From contig CAWHCF010000020.1 in the NCBI GenBank assembly GCA_963827655.1, positions 192,001-256,000 on the forward strand: a DNA stretch of 64,000 nucleotides. Direction: 5' to 3'. Below are positions 20,435 to 30,265 of the stretch, piece after piece (position 1 is the first letter of the stretch; each line of letters starts with the position of its first letter). This DNA is from an uncultured Acidobacteriota bacterium (GTDB lineage: Bacteria > Acidobacteriota > UBA6911). A model generated the notes under the pieces. That model searched no databases. It was not told the DNA's origin and saw only the letters and a list, made by a program, of their open reading frames with translations. Made by a program: the position numbers and the translations under genes.

Positions 20435-21310
20435 ATGAGATGGGACAGCGTTTTTTATGTGTTCACGCGCGAGTTATTTCAACTTGGAGGAAGACCGGTT
20501 TCGTTGTTGGTACTGATGCAATTCATCTTGCTCATCGCAGTGGTTATCGTGGTGGCCCGGCTGACACGACGGTTTCTGCGCGACCGGTTGCTGGCACGAA
20601 CCCACCTCGATCTAGGCTTGCAGGACGCCATTGCGCGGATAATCGGTTACGCGGTGCTCGTGATCGGCACCATGATAGGGCTGCAGACGCTCGGCTTCGA
20701 ACTGACATCGCTGACGGTGGTGGCAGGCGCGCTGGGTGTCGGTCTCGGGTTCGGGTTGCGCAACATCATCGAGAACTTCGTCAGCGGCCTGATTATCCTG
20801 GGAGAGCGGCCCATCCAGCTGGGTCATCGCATCGAAGTTGGGGATACCATCGGGAGAGTGGTACGGATTGGCGCCCGAAGCACCGCCGTGCTTACGAATG
20901 ATAACATCAGGATCATCATTCCGAACTCCGAGTTGATAACGGGGCGCGTCGTGAACTGGAGTCATGGCGACAGTCAAATACGGCTTCGCATTCCTGTGGG
21001 CGTGAGTTACCGGAGCGACGTGCAGCTCGTTCAGAAGCTCCTCCTCGAGGTTGCGTCCGCAAACGAAAGTGTCTTAGAGAATCCTGCACCCGCGGTAATT
21101 TTTGTCGAATTTGGCGAAAGTGCGCTCAATTTTGAACTGCGCGTGTGGACCCGAGAGTTACTGGATCGCCCGGGGAGATTAACAAGCCAGTTGAATTTTT
21201 CGATCTGGGAAAAGTTCCGCGAGCACAATATCGAGATTCCGTACCCGCAGCGCGACCTCTACTTGAAGGAACCTGTTTACGTAGAACTTAAACAGAATCG
21301 TGTTTCTTAG
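20435..21310 (+). CDS. mscS: Mechanosensitive ion channel, MscS family
   Basis: GALGVGLGFGLRNIIENFVSGLIIL.ERPIQLG, IIIPNS, F.EFGESALNFEL, IEIPYPQRDL. Confidence 0.93.
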   Translation: MRWDSVFYVFTRELFQLGGRPVSLLVLMQFILLIAVVIVVARLTRRFLRDRLLARTHLDLGLQDAIARIIGYAVLVIGTMIGLQTLGFELTSLTVVAGALGVGLGFGLRNIIENFVSGLIILGERPIQLGHRIEVGDTIGRVVRIGARSTAVLTNDNIRIIIPNSELITGRVVNWSHGDSQIRLRIPVGVSYRSDVQLVQKLLLEVASANESVLENPAPAVIFVEFGESALNFELRVWTRELLDRPGRLTSQLNFSIWEKFREHNIEIPYPQRDLYLKEPVYVELKQNRVS

Positions 21311-21331
21311 CGTCTTCGTGACTTCGTGGTT
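21299..21331. repeat. 8-nt-periodic repeat, left arm, overlapping the mscS stop
   Basis: cgtgtttcttagcgtcttcgtgacttcgtggtt. Confidence 0.75.
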
Positions 21332-21354
21332 AGAATCACAGGACAGGACAGAGA

Positions 21355-22293
21355 ATGAGGATATTCGGATGCAGACTCATGTGGATTGGCGTTCTCGCTC
21401 TCGCCGCTTTCATGGTGACGGAGCCCGGTGCTGCGGGCCGCAAGCTGGTCGTGGCGCACCGGGGCGCGTCCGCCTATGCGCCGGAGCATACGCTGGCCAG
21501 CTACCGGCTCGCGCTCGAGCAGAAGGCGGACTTCGTGGAGCAGGACCTCGCGGTTACCAGGGACGGAGTGCTGATCTGCCTGCACGATCCGACGCTCGAG
21601 CGCACGACGAACGTGGAGGAGATGTTTCCGGATCGCGCGACCGAGGTGACCTGGGAAGGTCGGACCCACAGGAAAGCCTGGCTCGCGAATGACTTCACAT
21701 TGGCGGAGATCAAGCGCCTGGACGCGGGGTCATGGTTCGCTGCCAGGTTCGCGGGCGAGCGCATCCCGACGTTCCAGGAAGCGATCGACCTTGTGAAAGG
21801 TAAGGCGGGGCTGTATCCGGAGCTCAAGGTGCCGGAAATCTACGCGGGGCGCAACGTAAACTTCGAGAAGATGGTCGCCGAGATTCTTGCGAAGAACGGG
21901 CTCTCCGGGCCCCAGCCCGACCCGAAGACGCCGGTGATCCTCCAGACGTTCAGCGAGACCACCGTCCGCAATCTCGCGGCGATGAAGCTCGGTGTCCCGG
22001 TTGTCTACCTGCTGGACGGGCGCAATGTTGAGCGTTGGGGCCGGCGCGCGAGCGTCGAAGCCGCTAAGGCTGCGGGTGCAAACGGCCTCGGCCCGGCGAA
22101 GGACATCCTGCTGAAGCACCCGCAGGTCGTCAAGTGGGCCCACGAGCTGGGACTCACCGTGACGCCGTACACCTTCCGATCCAGCAACACGGGTCGCTTT
22201 TCGTCCGTGCGTGAGGAGATGGCTCACTTCCTGTACGAGCTGGATGTCGACGCGGTGTTCACGGACAACCCGGATCAGTTTCCGCGTCGTTAA
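21355..22293 (+). CDS. Glycerophosphodiester phosphodiesterase (exported)
   Basis: AHRGASAYAPEHT, EQDL..TRDG.LICLHD..L.RTTN, ELK, FTDNPD. Confidence 0.93.
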   Translation: MRIFGCRLMWIGVLALAAFMVTEPGAAGRKLVVAHRGASAYAPEHTLASYRLALEQKADFVEQDLAVTRDGVLICLHDPTLERTTNVEEMFPDRATEVTWEGRTHRKAWLANDFTLAEIKRLDAGSWFAARFAGERIPTFQEAIDLVKGKAGLYPELKVPEIYAGRNVNFEKMVAEILAKNGLSGPQPDPKTPVILQTFSETTVRNLAAMKLGVPVVYLLDGRNVERWGRRASVEAAKAAGANGLGPAKDILLKHPQVVKWAHELGLTVTPYTFRSSNTGRFSSVREEMAHFLYELDVDAVFTDNPDQFPRR

Positions 22294-22384
22294 CGAAGCC
22301 TGCCGGTGTGGGATCGGTGACGCTCGACAGCGGTCCGAGGGGTTTTTCAATACTCCTCGTCCGCGCGCCGGGGATGCCGTCGAT

Positions 22385-23983
22385 TCACGCCACCAGAAGA
22401 GCCATCCGGGCGATCTTGCGCAGGTTTTGTTCGATCTCGTCCGTGAGGATGCGGCGGATCTCATCGTGGTCGCTGATGGGCGCGCCATCGGGGCCGTTCA
22501 AGGGACCGCTTTGTTGGACGAAGGCAAGCAGGTCGTCGCGCAACGCGGCACGATCGCGCGTGCCGTCCAGCAACTGCAGCATCTGTAATCCAATCGGATC
22601 GCGTACTTCAATGCTCGTGTGCAACAAGGTGGTGACCACTGGTCCTTGACCGGCCTGCCAGCGGGCGAGCGGGCTGACCGACGGCCGCTCACCGCCTTCG
22701 AGCACGAAAGCGGGCGCGCGGACGTGAAGCTGTACCAACCCCGAGCGATAGGCCGCGAGCAGGATTTCAGCCGCACCCTGCGCATCATCATCCATGGGAT
22801 CGGTGCCGCCCGCCTGGAGGCCGATCCATGACCGCGCCGAGGCCAGCAGTTCGCTGAAGTGCAGCGAGCGCGGCGAGACCTCACTCAGTCGAAGGAGCGC
22901 AGCCTTCGCGAGCGGATGATCGGTTTGCAGCGTCGCTCCTTTAGGGCCGCGAAACTCTTCCACTACCTTCGCTCGCAGCTCGGGTGACCGTGATACCGGC
23001 TGCGCCACGGATTCCAGATAGAAGGTCGCGAGCCGCTGCGGATTCAAAGAGCGATCGATCCTCAGGCCTTGCCGGCACAGCAGCGTCTGCCGAAAGGTGC
23101 GGCACTTGAGAAAATCAAGATACTGTTCCTTCAAGATCAAATGCTCGGCGCTGAACTGGCCCAGAATGTCCCGCACCTGCGACGGATAGACATGATCTTG
23201 CATTTCAAAGAAGTCGGCTTCTGCCAGATACTGCAGGCCATGTTGAGCCGCGTGTCCGATGAACTGGTAAAAGTAAACGGGCATGTTCGCCGGCTCCAGC
23301 TCGTCGTGGTAGATCTGCTCTCGCCGGCGGTAGTTCGACATGCGCTCCAGTTCCTCCTTGAGCAAAGCGCCATAGAGGTCGGTCTGCGCTTCAGACTCGG
23401 TGGGAAACTTCAACAAGAGAAACTTCAGCAACGCTAGCGCTTGCTGTATGCGCTCCTGGGGCTCAGTGATGTCCCGGATGTGAAACGCCATCATCTCGCG
23501 CACCAGATCGCGCAGGTGATAGCCTGGATAGGTGTTGTAACTGACATACGCGACGCCCTCAGGAGCGAGATGGTCGCGGCAAACTGCCAGCAGACGATCG
23601 CGCACGGCCGGTGGGACCCAGGAATAAACGCCGTGCGCGATGATGTAATCGAATTCGCCAAGAGCGGCATCTACCGCCATGATGTCGCAGCGGCGCAGAT
23701 CGAGGTTTTCGAGTCTCAATCCCGCCGCCGCGGCCTGGCCACGGGCAATCGGACGAGCCGCCAGATCGATGCCGATGAAATGACTCTGGGGGAGCGCGAT
23801 CGCCATCGGCACCAGATTCGCCCCGTCACCGCAACCCAACTCCAGGACGCGGCAATTAGCGACTGGGGCCGGATTCAAGCCGAATAGAGACGCCAGCGTC
23901 GCGAGGCGATCCGGGTGCGTTTGCGGGAACGGGTACCCCGCATACAACACCTCATCGTAGGAGTTCGGCTCTCTGTCCGTCAT
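22385..23983 (-). CDS. Class I SAM methyltransferase with regulatory domain, Rickettsia PKMT-like (protein lysine methyltransferase family)
   Basis: YDEV.Y....F.QTHP..LATLA.LFG...VLELGCGDGANL, FDYIIAHGVYSWVP, YVSYNTYPG, EQYLDFL..RTFRQTLL; 532 aa. Confidence 0.85.
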   Translation of the reverse strand: MTDREPNSYDEVLYAGYPFPQTHPDRLATLASLFGLNPAPVANCRVLELGCGDGANLVPMAIALPQSHFIGIDLAARPIARGQAAAAGLRLENLDLRRCDIMAVDAALGEFDYIIAHGVYSWVPPAVRDRLLAVCRDHLAPEGVAYVSYNTYPGYHLRDLVREMMAFHIRDITEPQERIQQALALLKFLLLKFPTESEAQTDLYGALLKEELERMSNYRRREQIYHDELEPANMPVYFYQFIGHAAQHGLQYLAEADFFEMQDHVYPSQVRDILGQFSAEHLILKEQYLDFLKCRTFRQTLLCRQGLRIDRSLNPQRLATFYLESVAQPVSRSPELRAKVVEEFRGPKGATLQTDHPLAKAALLRLSEVSPRSLHFSELLASARSWIGLQAGGTDPMDDDAQGAAEILLAAYRSGLVQLHVRAPAFVLEGGERPSVSPLARWQAGQGPVVTTLLHTSIEVRDPIGLQMLQLLDGTRDRAALRDDLLAFVQQSGPLNGPDGAPISDHDEIRRILTDEIEQNLRKIARMALLVA

Positions 23984-24098
23984 GCTCCCTCAATTGTCCC
24001 GGTCGTCGCGGCGCAATGCCCCGCCGTTGGACGAAGCAGCCGACGCGTCAGTCGGACAAGGGAACGAAGCCAAGCCCCGCAGAGGCTTGTGTAACCCT

Positions 24099-24588
24099 CT
24101 AGATGACTTGTTCATTTTCACATCCCATCCCACCTTGATCGGCGTGCCAAAGGAGCCATCCGACTTTCGCTCCGTGTACTCATACTCGATCTTGGCGAAG
24201 TTGAGCGAGAATTGATCGGTAGGCAGGATACCACCGGCCTCCGTTCCGCCGGTTGAAAATGAAGAGACCAGCACATCCGTGAGAGTAACTTCCAGGAAAT
24301 TCGTGCTGATCTTTGCTTGCCTTGCGGCATGTACAGAAGGGCCTTCGGGAGGTGCTGGCCGCTTGCGCACGCGAGGAGTAATTTGGGGCTGGCCTTGCTC
24401 ACTTTCGTGACGAAATGAAAATCCTGCATGGAGACTTTGCCGGCGCCACCACCACCGCCGCCGCCGGAAGTTCCCGATTGGGTCTCTCCCCAGGACCAGG
24501 ATTCGAGATCGATCTCGCCCTTGTGCTTCGAGTCCTGGCTTTCCCCTTCGACGCCATCAATTTTCAAGAAATAGTCTATTGCAGCCAT
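24099..24588 (-). CDS. hcp: Type VI secretion tube protein Hcp (orphan; indels near 24333, 24300 and probably 24107)
   Basis: MAAIDYFLKIDGVEGESQDSKHKGEIDLESWSWG...AGKVSMQDFHF...SKASPKLLLACASGQH; corrected LTCRKASKDQHEFLEVTLTDVLVSSF...DQFSLNFAKIEYEY...GWDVK. The 3' end is inferred. Confidence 0.9.
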
Positions 24589-24784
24589 GAGTACTCTTCT
24601 CCCTTCGTGATTGTGAGTTGTTTGGAACGAGACTGCACCCGATCTTCGACTGATCTTGTCACGGGAGCGCTGTTGATCGCGCAAAGAAGCTTCGTCCAAA
24701 CTAAGTGGCGTGCATGGCTGTGTCTTGACCGTCGCTTCCTCTCTCAGCAGTCCAATTCTGTGAATTCCCTTACTTTCGGTTGTG

Positions 24785-25420
24785 CTATTCGCCGGCGCCC
24801 TGAAAGCGGTCTCCCTCTTCGGCAAAAAGCACGTTAAAGCTGGTCAGCGTGCCGTAACAACCTGTGATATACGCCTGGAGCTTGACCTTCAAGTCTTCGG
24901 GAATCTCGGCCCCGTTGATCTGTTGCTCCAGTACCCGCAGGCGATTGCGCAGCATCACGATTTTGTGGAAGAAGCTTTCGATCGGCCAGGTTTTTTCTTG
25001 GATGCCGGCTTTGCCGGGCCTGAGAACCAACTGGCCGTTGCGCCATTTCTCGCCCATCGGCACGGCCGTAAGCCCAAGTTCCTCTCGTATGATGCGCCGC
25101 AGGGTCATTTCGAGATCCACGGTCTCACCGCTGTCTTGGATTGGCATAGGAGGAAGTCTCCTTTCCCTCTCGCTAACCAGTTCGTCCGAATGTCCGCCGG
25201 GCTCGCGGGAAATAGTCGAGGACCTGGAAGCTGCGGCCGCAGGTTCGCGCCCGCGATAGTTGTGCTGGCTGCCGCAGTAGTCACAGATCACTCTGAGGAT
25301 GCGTCCTTCGGAATCCGCCGCCACGACGGTATGTTGGCGCGAGTTCTTGCAGACCCGGCACAGGTCTTCCACGGAATCGCCGGCGTTGTACCGGTTTGAA
25401 GTCGCACCCCTCACTTTCAC
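24785..25420 (-). CDS. Hypothetical protein with N-terminal zinc ribbon
   Basis: CRVCK...HTVV...CDYCGSQHNYR; C-terminal KW..G.LVL.PG....QEK..PIE.FFHKIVMLR.RLRVLEQ.IN...YIT.CYG.LTSFNVLF. Confidence 0.75.
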   Translation of the reverse strand: MKVRGATSNRYNAGDSVEDLCRVCKNSRQHTVVAADSEGRILRVICDYCGSQHNYRGREPAAAASRSSTISREPGGHSDELVSERERRLPPMPIQDSGETVDLEMTLRRIIREELGLTAVPMGEKWRNGQLVLRPGKAGIQEKTWPIESFFHKIVMLRNRLRVLEQQINGAEIPEDLKVKLQAYITGCYGTLTSFNVLFAEEGDRFQGAGE

Positions 25421-25928
25421 CTCTCCGAAAACACCTGTTCCCGGCCCGGAATCGGCAATGGAGATTACGACATCGCCGGGCCTTATTAAAAGAACAACCT
25501 GATCGACTCGGGAAAGAAAAACTTATTCGCCGGGTCTTGCTGTTCCACGGGGCTCAAGTTGGCGTCTGAGTATCAGCCCATCAGTCAGCGCAGCCTGAAC
25601 TGCGATGGTACCTATCACAGCAATTTGTCCCGGTGACAAGGTTAACTGGATTCTCTGGCAAATTGGCCATCTCATCGGTCGGCAGATTATGAGTTTTATA
25701 AAGCATCAGTTTAGATTTCTCAAGCCTCAACAATCGAGCAAGTCTACCGTAGTTTGCCCTCCGCCTTTTAAACCGTGCAAAGTCGAAGGTGTGAGTCGAA
25801 AGAGAAAGCACTACTTTCCCTCAGCACTTTTAACTTTTCACTTCTTGTGGGGAGGAGCGGGTAAACTAGAGGAGGCAGGCGGAGACCATGGCCAAATCAG
25901 ACACGAGAGCGAAATGAAGGAGTAATCG

Positions 25929-26819
25929 ATGCCACCAACCAGCAAAGAAAAATCAACCAAGAAGCTGCGCTGCATCCAGCGCAGCGCCGACCGTCACTGG
26001 GTCGGCAACGGATTCCCCGTTCGGACACTCTTTGCCTACCCGAACCTCGGGTCAGCGCTCAGCCCGTTCCTGCTCTTCGATTATGCCGGCCCGAGGGAAT
26101 TCCCGCCGACGGACGAGCGGCTCGGCGTCGGCGAGCATCCGCATCGCGGCTTCGAGACGGTGACCATCGTCTACGAGGGCGAAGTGGAACACAGGGATTC
26201 CTCTGGCGGCGGCGGGCGCATTGGCCCCGGCGACGTGCAGTGGATGACTGCCGCATCAGGCATCGTCCATGAAGAGTTTCATGGCCGCGATTTCGCCCGG
26301 CGCGGCGGCATGTTTGAAATGGTACAGCTTTGGGTCAATTTACCCTCAAAGGACAAGATGGCGCCGCCGCGTTATCAGAGCATCCTGAAAAGCCAGATTC
26401 CTGCAATAAGCATGGCGGATGGACAGGGAACGGTGCGCGTGATCGCAGGCGAGTTTGCTGGGGCCAAAGGCCCAGCCCGGACTTTCACGCCGATTCACGT
26501 CTGGGATTTCCGCCTTGCGAGTGACCAGCGTACAGACCTTAACGTGCCCGATGGCTACACGACGGCGCTTGTGGTACTCAAAGGAGCGCTGCGAGTGAAT
26601 GGCTCCGAGGCAATCGAGGCGGCGGAGGTCGGACTGTTCGACCGCGCGGGGCAGAGTATCCGCATCGAATCCGTGAAGGACACGACTGCGTTGATGCTTT
26701 GCGGCGAGCCGATTGATGAACCCATCGTCGGACAGGGCCCCTTTGTCATGAACACTGCCCAGGAGATTCGCCAGGCGATGACGGATTATATGAGCGGCAA
26801 GATGGGTCACTTGTCGTGA
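25929..26819 (+). CDS. Pirin family protein
   Basis: PFLLFDY, HPHRGFETVT, HRDS, VQWMTA..GIVHEE, QLWVNLP, GPFVMNT. Confidence 0.95.
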   Translation: MPPTSKEKSTKKLRCIQRSADRHWVGNGFPVRTLFAYPNLGSALSPFLLFDYAGPREFPPTDERLGVGEHPHRGFETVTIVYEGEVEHRDSSGGGGRIGPGDVQWMTAASGIVHEEFHGRDFARRGGMFEMVQLWVNLPSKDKMAPPRYQSILKSQIPAISMADGQGTVRVIAGEFAGAKGPARTFTPIHVWDFRLASDQRTDLNVPDGYTTALVVLKGALRVNGSEAIEAAEVGLFDRAGQSIRIESVKDTTALMLCGEPIDEPIVGQGPFVMNTAQEIRQAMTDYMSGKMGHLS

Positions 26820-26885
26820 GCGCTAACCAGCAAAGGGACTGCGCCCTTGATATCCGCCAAAAGCGGCGGGATATGGAAGCGGCCC

Positions 26886-27301
26886 TTACCTGCGCGTGAG
26901 CCGCATGAACCGAAGCGGACCCAGGTCGTTTGTGAATCCCCACTTTTCGTAGAAGCGGACCAGCCCGGGCAGACAGTACAACTCGAAATGGCTAACCGAT
27001 TCGAGGCTCGGGTGCGAGACGATCCGGTCGATCAAGCGCGGCCGAGCTGCCGGCCACGATACGCAGGATCGACGATGACATCGAGGATCAGGGCCTTGTA
27101 GAGATAGTCGGTCAGCACCCGCGCGAAGGCGACAAGCCGCTGCGACGGTGGGGCGCAGAAGCCCACAACGACGTCGGAGTGTTGCAGCATTCGACGCGTT
27201 TCGGCGAGTGTGCGCCCCCTGGTCCACCACTCGGACTGATAGAAGCGATGCAGATCCTCGGTTTGCGCGTCATTCAGCGCTTCGATCGGGTCAAACTCCA
27301 T
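26886..27301 (-). CDS. GNAT family N-acetyltransferase (indel near 27035)
   Basis: LVAFARVLTD...ILDVIVDPAYRGRQLGR then, after the shift, LIDRIVSHPSL...ELYC...FYEKWGF. Confidence 0.85.
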
Positions 27302-27360
27302 GGATATCTCCTGGACATTGGACACGCCGTCATGGGCGAACCAGACAGTCGGCGCCCGTC

Positions 27361-30261
27361 TCAGCGAGCGCTGACCCAGATAGGCGACGACCAGGCCAGC
27401 TGTCCGTCGCGCTGCTCGACCCGCACGTAGTAGAAGCTCGCCTGCTTCGCGGGCGGATTGTCCTGGTCCTGGTAGACGAAACTCGCCTCGGCCGAGTCGA
27501 ACTCGCGCGTGAAGACTGCTTCGTTGTTGCGGATCACCGTGATCCGGGCCAGCGGTGAAGTCCCGAGCGCCTTCACTGCCAGGCGCAGCGGCTCTCTGGT
27601 CGTGAACTCCTCGCCCATCCAGTGGTTGCCGGCCCGCACGTCGAGCAGGATGTTGTCGGTCGCGCCGTAGGTACGGCGCCGGCGGATGGCCTCGAGAATG
27701 CCGGCGCGGTCCATCGACTCGGTGTAGACCATGGCGTAGGAATAGTGCACCGAGGTGTGATCCGAGCTCGCGATGATGCCCAGCCGGTAACCTTTGTTCC
27801 AGGCGTTGGCCACAAAGCCGTCGGGCATGTAGCCCATGTGCGGCGGAGCGAGGTTGGCCTTGTCGCGCTCGGGATCGGGGGATTTCGGGGCGCCGGCGGC
27901 CTCGTAATTGTTCCGGCATCCCTGGAAGATCTCCACTACCGGCTCGAGTGCGGGATCGTTGTCGCGCCAGTCGGTTCCCATGCGGGTGCCTGAGGTGTGT
28001 GAGATCGCGATGCCGCCCGAGTTACGCAGGGTGTCGTAGAGGAGCCGCGTGTCGTTGCCGAGCAGGAAGTCGCTGTTGCCGCTGACGGGAGGGCGCAGGC
28101 CGCGCAGCGTCGGCCGCGTGAAGAAGTCGACCACCGGCACGCCGCGCCGGTCATGGATGATGTTGCGGTGCCCATTCGGGTAGTTGACGCTGCGCTCGTA
28201 GCCGAACAGCGAGGTGTAGGCGCCCGCCCAGTGGAACAGGTCCGTGCTCTTCTGGGTGTACCAGTACCAGTAGTCGTTGCCGCCCCCCATCTGGTGGTCC
28301 GTGACGGCCCCGAAATCCATGGCTGCGCCGTCGATCATGTAACGATAGAAATCCAGGAGGCTGCCGTCGGGGCTGCCGCCCAGGTCCTGAGACAGCTCGG
28401 TATGGCGGTGCAAGTCACCGCGCGCGATCCGGTAGGTTCGTCCGCCGAGCGTCGCCCTGTAATCGCGCAGCCGGCGCACGTCGGCTTCTTCGGCAGGGTG
28501 CACGGGGGTCGCGACGTTGTCGGCCGCGCGCGCCGGCGTGAGGCGCGGGTCACCTGCGCCCGAGTCGAGCGTCACCTCGCCGGCGAAGACATGATTCGCG
28601 CCCGGACGCGTGATAGCGCCGTACCGGCGCCCGTCACCATTCCAGGCGAGCCAGACTCCGCTCCTGGAGGCGGCCAGCGCGGGAAAGGAGCTGATGCGCC
28701 CGGCGCTTTCGGGCATGAGCAGCGCGGGCAGCCAGCGCCCGTCCTGGTAACAGGTCGCGTGCGCCGTCCAGTAATACCGGCCGGCGATTCCCTGGCCGAC
28801 CCCGGCCTGGTTCATGTGCCGGAACGTCAGCCACGGCCGCCCCTGTCCATCGATCGCAAGCTCCGGATAGCGCAGGAAACGGCGGTCCCGTTCACCCAGC
28901 GCGGTCACTGGATCCTCGGCCGGGACCTGGAGGTTGCCGGACGGATCGAGCAGGGCGACCCGGATCAGGGCGCTCTCGCCCACAGCGGCGCCGGGCCCGA
29001 AGTTGGGGAGGGTGTAGCCGCGGTCCTTGCCCCAGTTCAAAGGGCCTTCCTCCCAGGCGAGCCAGACGCGATCTCGACTGTCGACCGCAATCGAAGGATA
29101 CGCTTCGTAGCGCGCCGACGATGCCACGGAGGCGGCGGCATCCTGGCCGCCGTCGGGACGGAGGGTCCGCCGGTAAACGTCGTAGCTGCCGTTCCGGTAG
29201 GTGTCCCAGGCAATGTGCGCTCGCCCGGTGGACTCGATTGCGATCGCAGGATTCCAGTGATTGCCCGGTGGCTCGCTGACGCGGGCCTCGCCGGTCCAGC
29301 CGTCGGCCTGCGGATCGCGGCCGATCGAGAAGATGTGCGAGACGCCGCTGCGGACTCCCTGCCACGCCGCCCGGAGGCGTCCCTGGGGACCGCGCGCCAG
29401 CCGCACGTTGAAGTCGACCCCGGGATCGGTCGTGAGACGCAGTGGGGCCAGCCATGCGTCGCCGCGGAGCGCCGCCCCGTACAGGTCCCAGTTTCCCCCT
29501 GCCTGTTGTGACCAGACCACCCATACGGTGCCATCCCCCTCGATCCCAAGGCGCGGGCGCCAGACGTCACCCGACACTCCCGGAACCGGAGTGTAGACGT
29601 GCCAGATTCCCTGCTGGAACCGGGACAGGTGCAGCTCATCCCTGCCGCCGGCATACGAGGTCCAGACGGCCCACACGTTCCCGTCCGGAGCGACCGCAAT
29701 ATCCGGGAAATCGTTCTCGCGCAGCTCGCGGGAGATGCGCACGGCGTTGGGCAGCCGCAGGATGCGCACCGCTCCGTCCAGGCGTTCGAGCGGCGCGGTC
29801 CACTTGAGATCGGCAAGTTGGAAGCCGAACGAACCCTGACGAGTCCTGAGCACGAGCATCGCGCCCGGCCTCCCTCGTCCCGCGACCAGGATGCCGCCTG
29901 TTTCAGGCCGGCCCGCCGGATACGGGACCCAGTGCAGCGCTTCGCCGGCGAGTGTCCCGACCTTCTCGCGCGCGCTGCGGTAGGCCCAGGACGTACGGGA
30001 GATCACTTCGTCGCTGCCAAAGAACTTCCATCCGTCCAGGCTGGTGACCTGACCGTCGGCTATCGTCAACTCGCCACTCCAGTCCCGTTCCTCGGTATCC
30101 CTGGTCCCCAGGAGCACGAGCAGCGCAAATCCGTCGTCCGGCGCGGGCGTGGCTGGAGGAGTCTGGGCGGAGCCGTGAAACTTCGTCGCAATGGCAGCCA
30201 GTGTGACGGAGAAAGCCAAGAGGAACAGGACGCCGCGAGCGGTCGTGAGTGGAAGGGTCAT
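27361..30261 (-). CDS. Secreted beta-propeller plus PHP-type metallohydrolase (DUF3604/CehA-McbA-like)
   Basis: Signal peptide; repeated P.IA.D..G..W.AW blades; GDLHRHT, VTDH, GHRN, SHT, SSDH, RRTYGAT, YYVRVEQ..G.LAWSSPIWV. Confidence 0.75.
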   Translation of the reverse strand: MTLPLTTARGVLFLLAFSVTLAAIATKFHGSAQTPPATPAPDDGFALLVLLGTRDTEERDWSGELTIADGQVTSLDGWKFFGSDEVISRTSWAYRSAREKVGTLAGEALHWVPYPAGRPETGGILVAGRGRPGAMLVLRTRQGSFGFQLADLKWTAPLERLDGAVRILRLPNAVRISRELRENDFPDIAVAPDGNVWAVWTSYAGGRDELHLSRFQQGIWHVYTPVPGVSGDVWRPRLGIEGDGTVWVVWSQQAGGNWDLYGAALRGDAWLAPLRLTTDPGVDFNVRLARGPQGRLRAAWQGVRSGVSHIFSIGRDPQADGWTGEARVSEPPGNHWNPAIAIESTGRAHIAWDTYRNGSYDVYRRTLRPDGGQDAAASVASSARYEAYPSIAVDSRDRVWLAWEEGPLNWGKDRGYTLPNFGPGAAVGESALIRVALLDPSGNLQVPAEDPVTALGERDRRFLRYPELAIDGQGRPWLTFRHMNQAGVGQGIAGRYYWTAHATCYQDGRWLPALLMPESAGRISSFPALAASRSGVWLAWNGDGRRYGAITRPGANHVFAGEVTLDSGAGDPRLTPARAADNVATPVHPAEEADVRRLRDYRATLGGRTYRIARGDLHRHTELSQDLGGSPDGSLLDFYRYMIDGAAMDFGAVTDHQMGGGNDYWYWYTQKSTDLFHWAGAYTSLFGYERSVNYPNGHRNIIHDRRGVPVVDFFTRPTLRGLRPPVSGNSDFLLGNDTRLLYDTLRNSGGIAISHTSGTRMGTDWRDNDPALEPVVEIFQGCRNNYEAAGAPKSPDPERDKANLAPPHMGYMPDGFVANAWNKGYRLGIIASSDHTSVHYSYAMVYTESMDRAGILEAIRRRRTYGATDNILLDVRAGNHWMGEEFTTREPLRLAVKALGTSPLARITVIRNNEAVFTREFDSAEASFVYQDQDNPPAKQASFYYVRVEQRDGQLAWSSPIWVSAR

Positions 30262-30265
30262 ATCG

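Noticed and set aside
24099-24588. A T6SS gene cluster
   Set aside because: No tssB/C, vgrG, clpV or membrane-complex genes are in the window.
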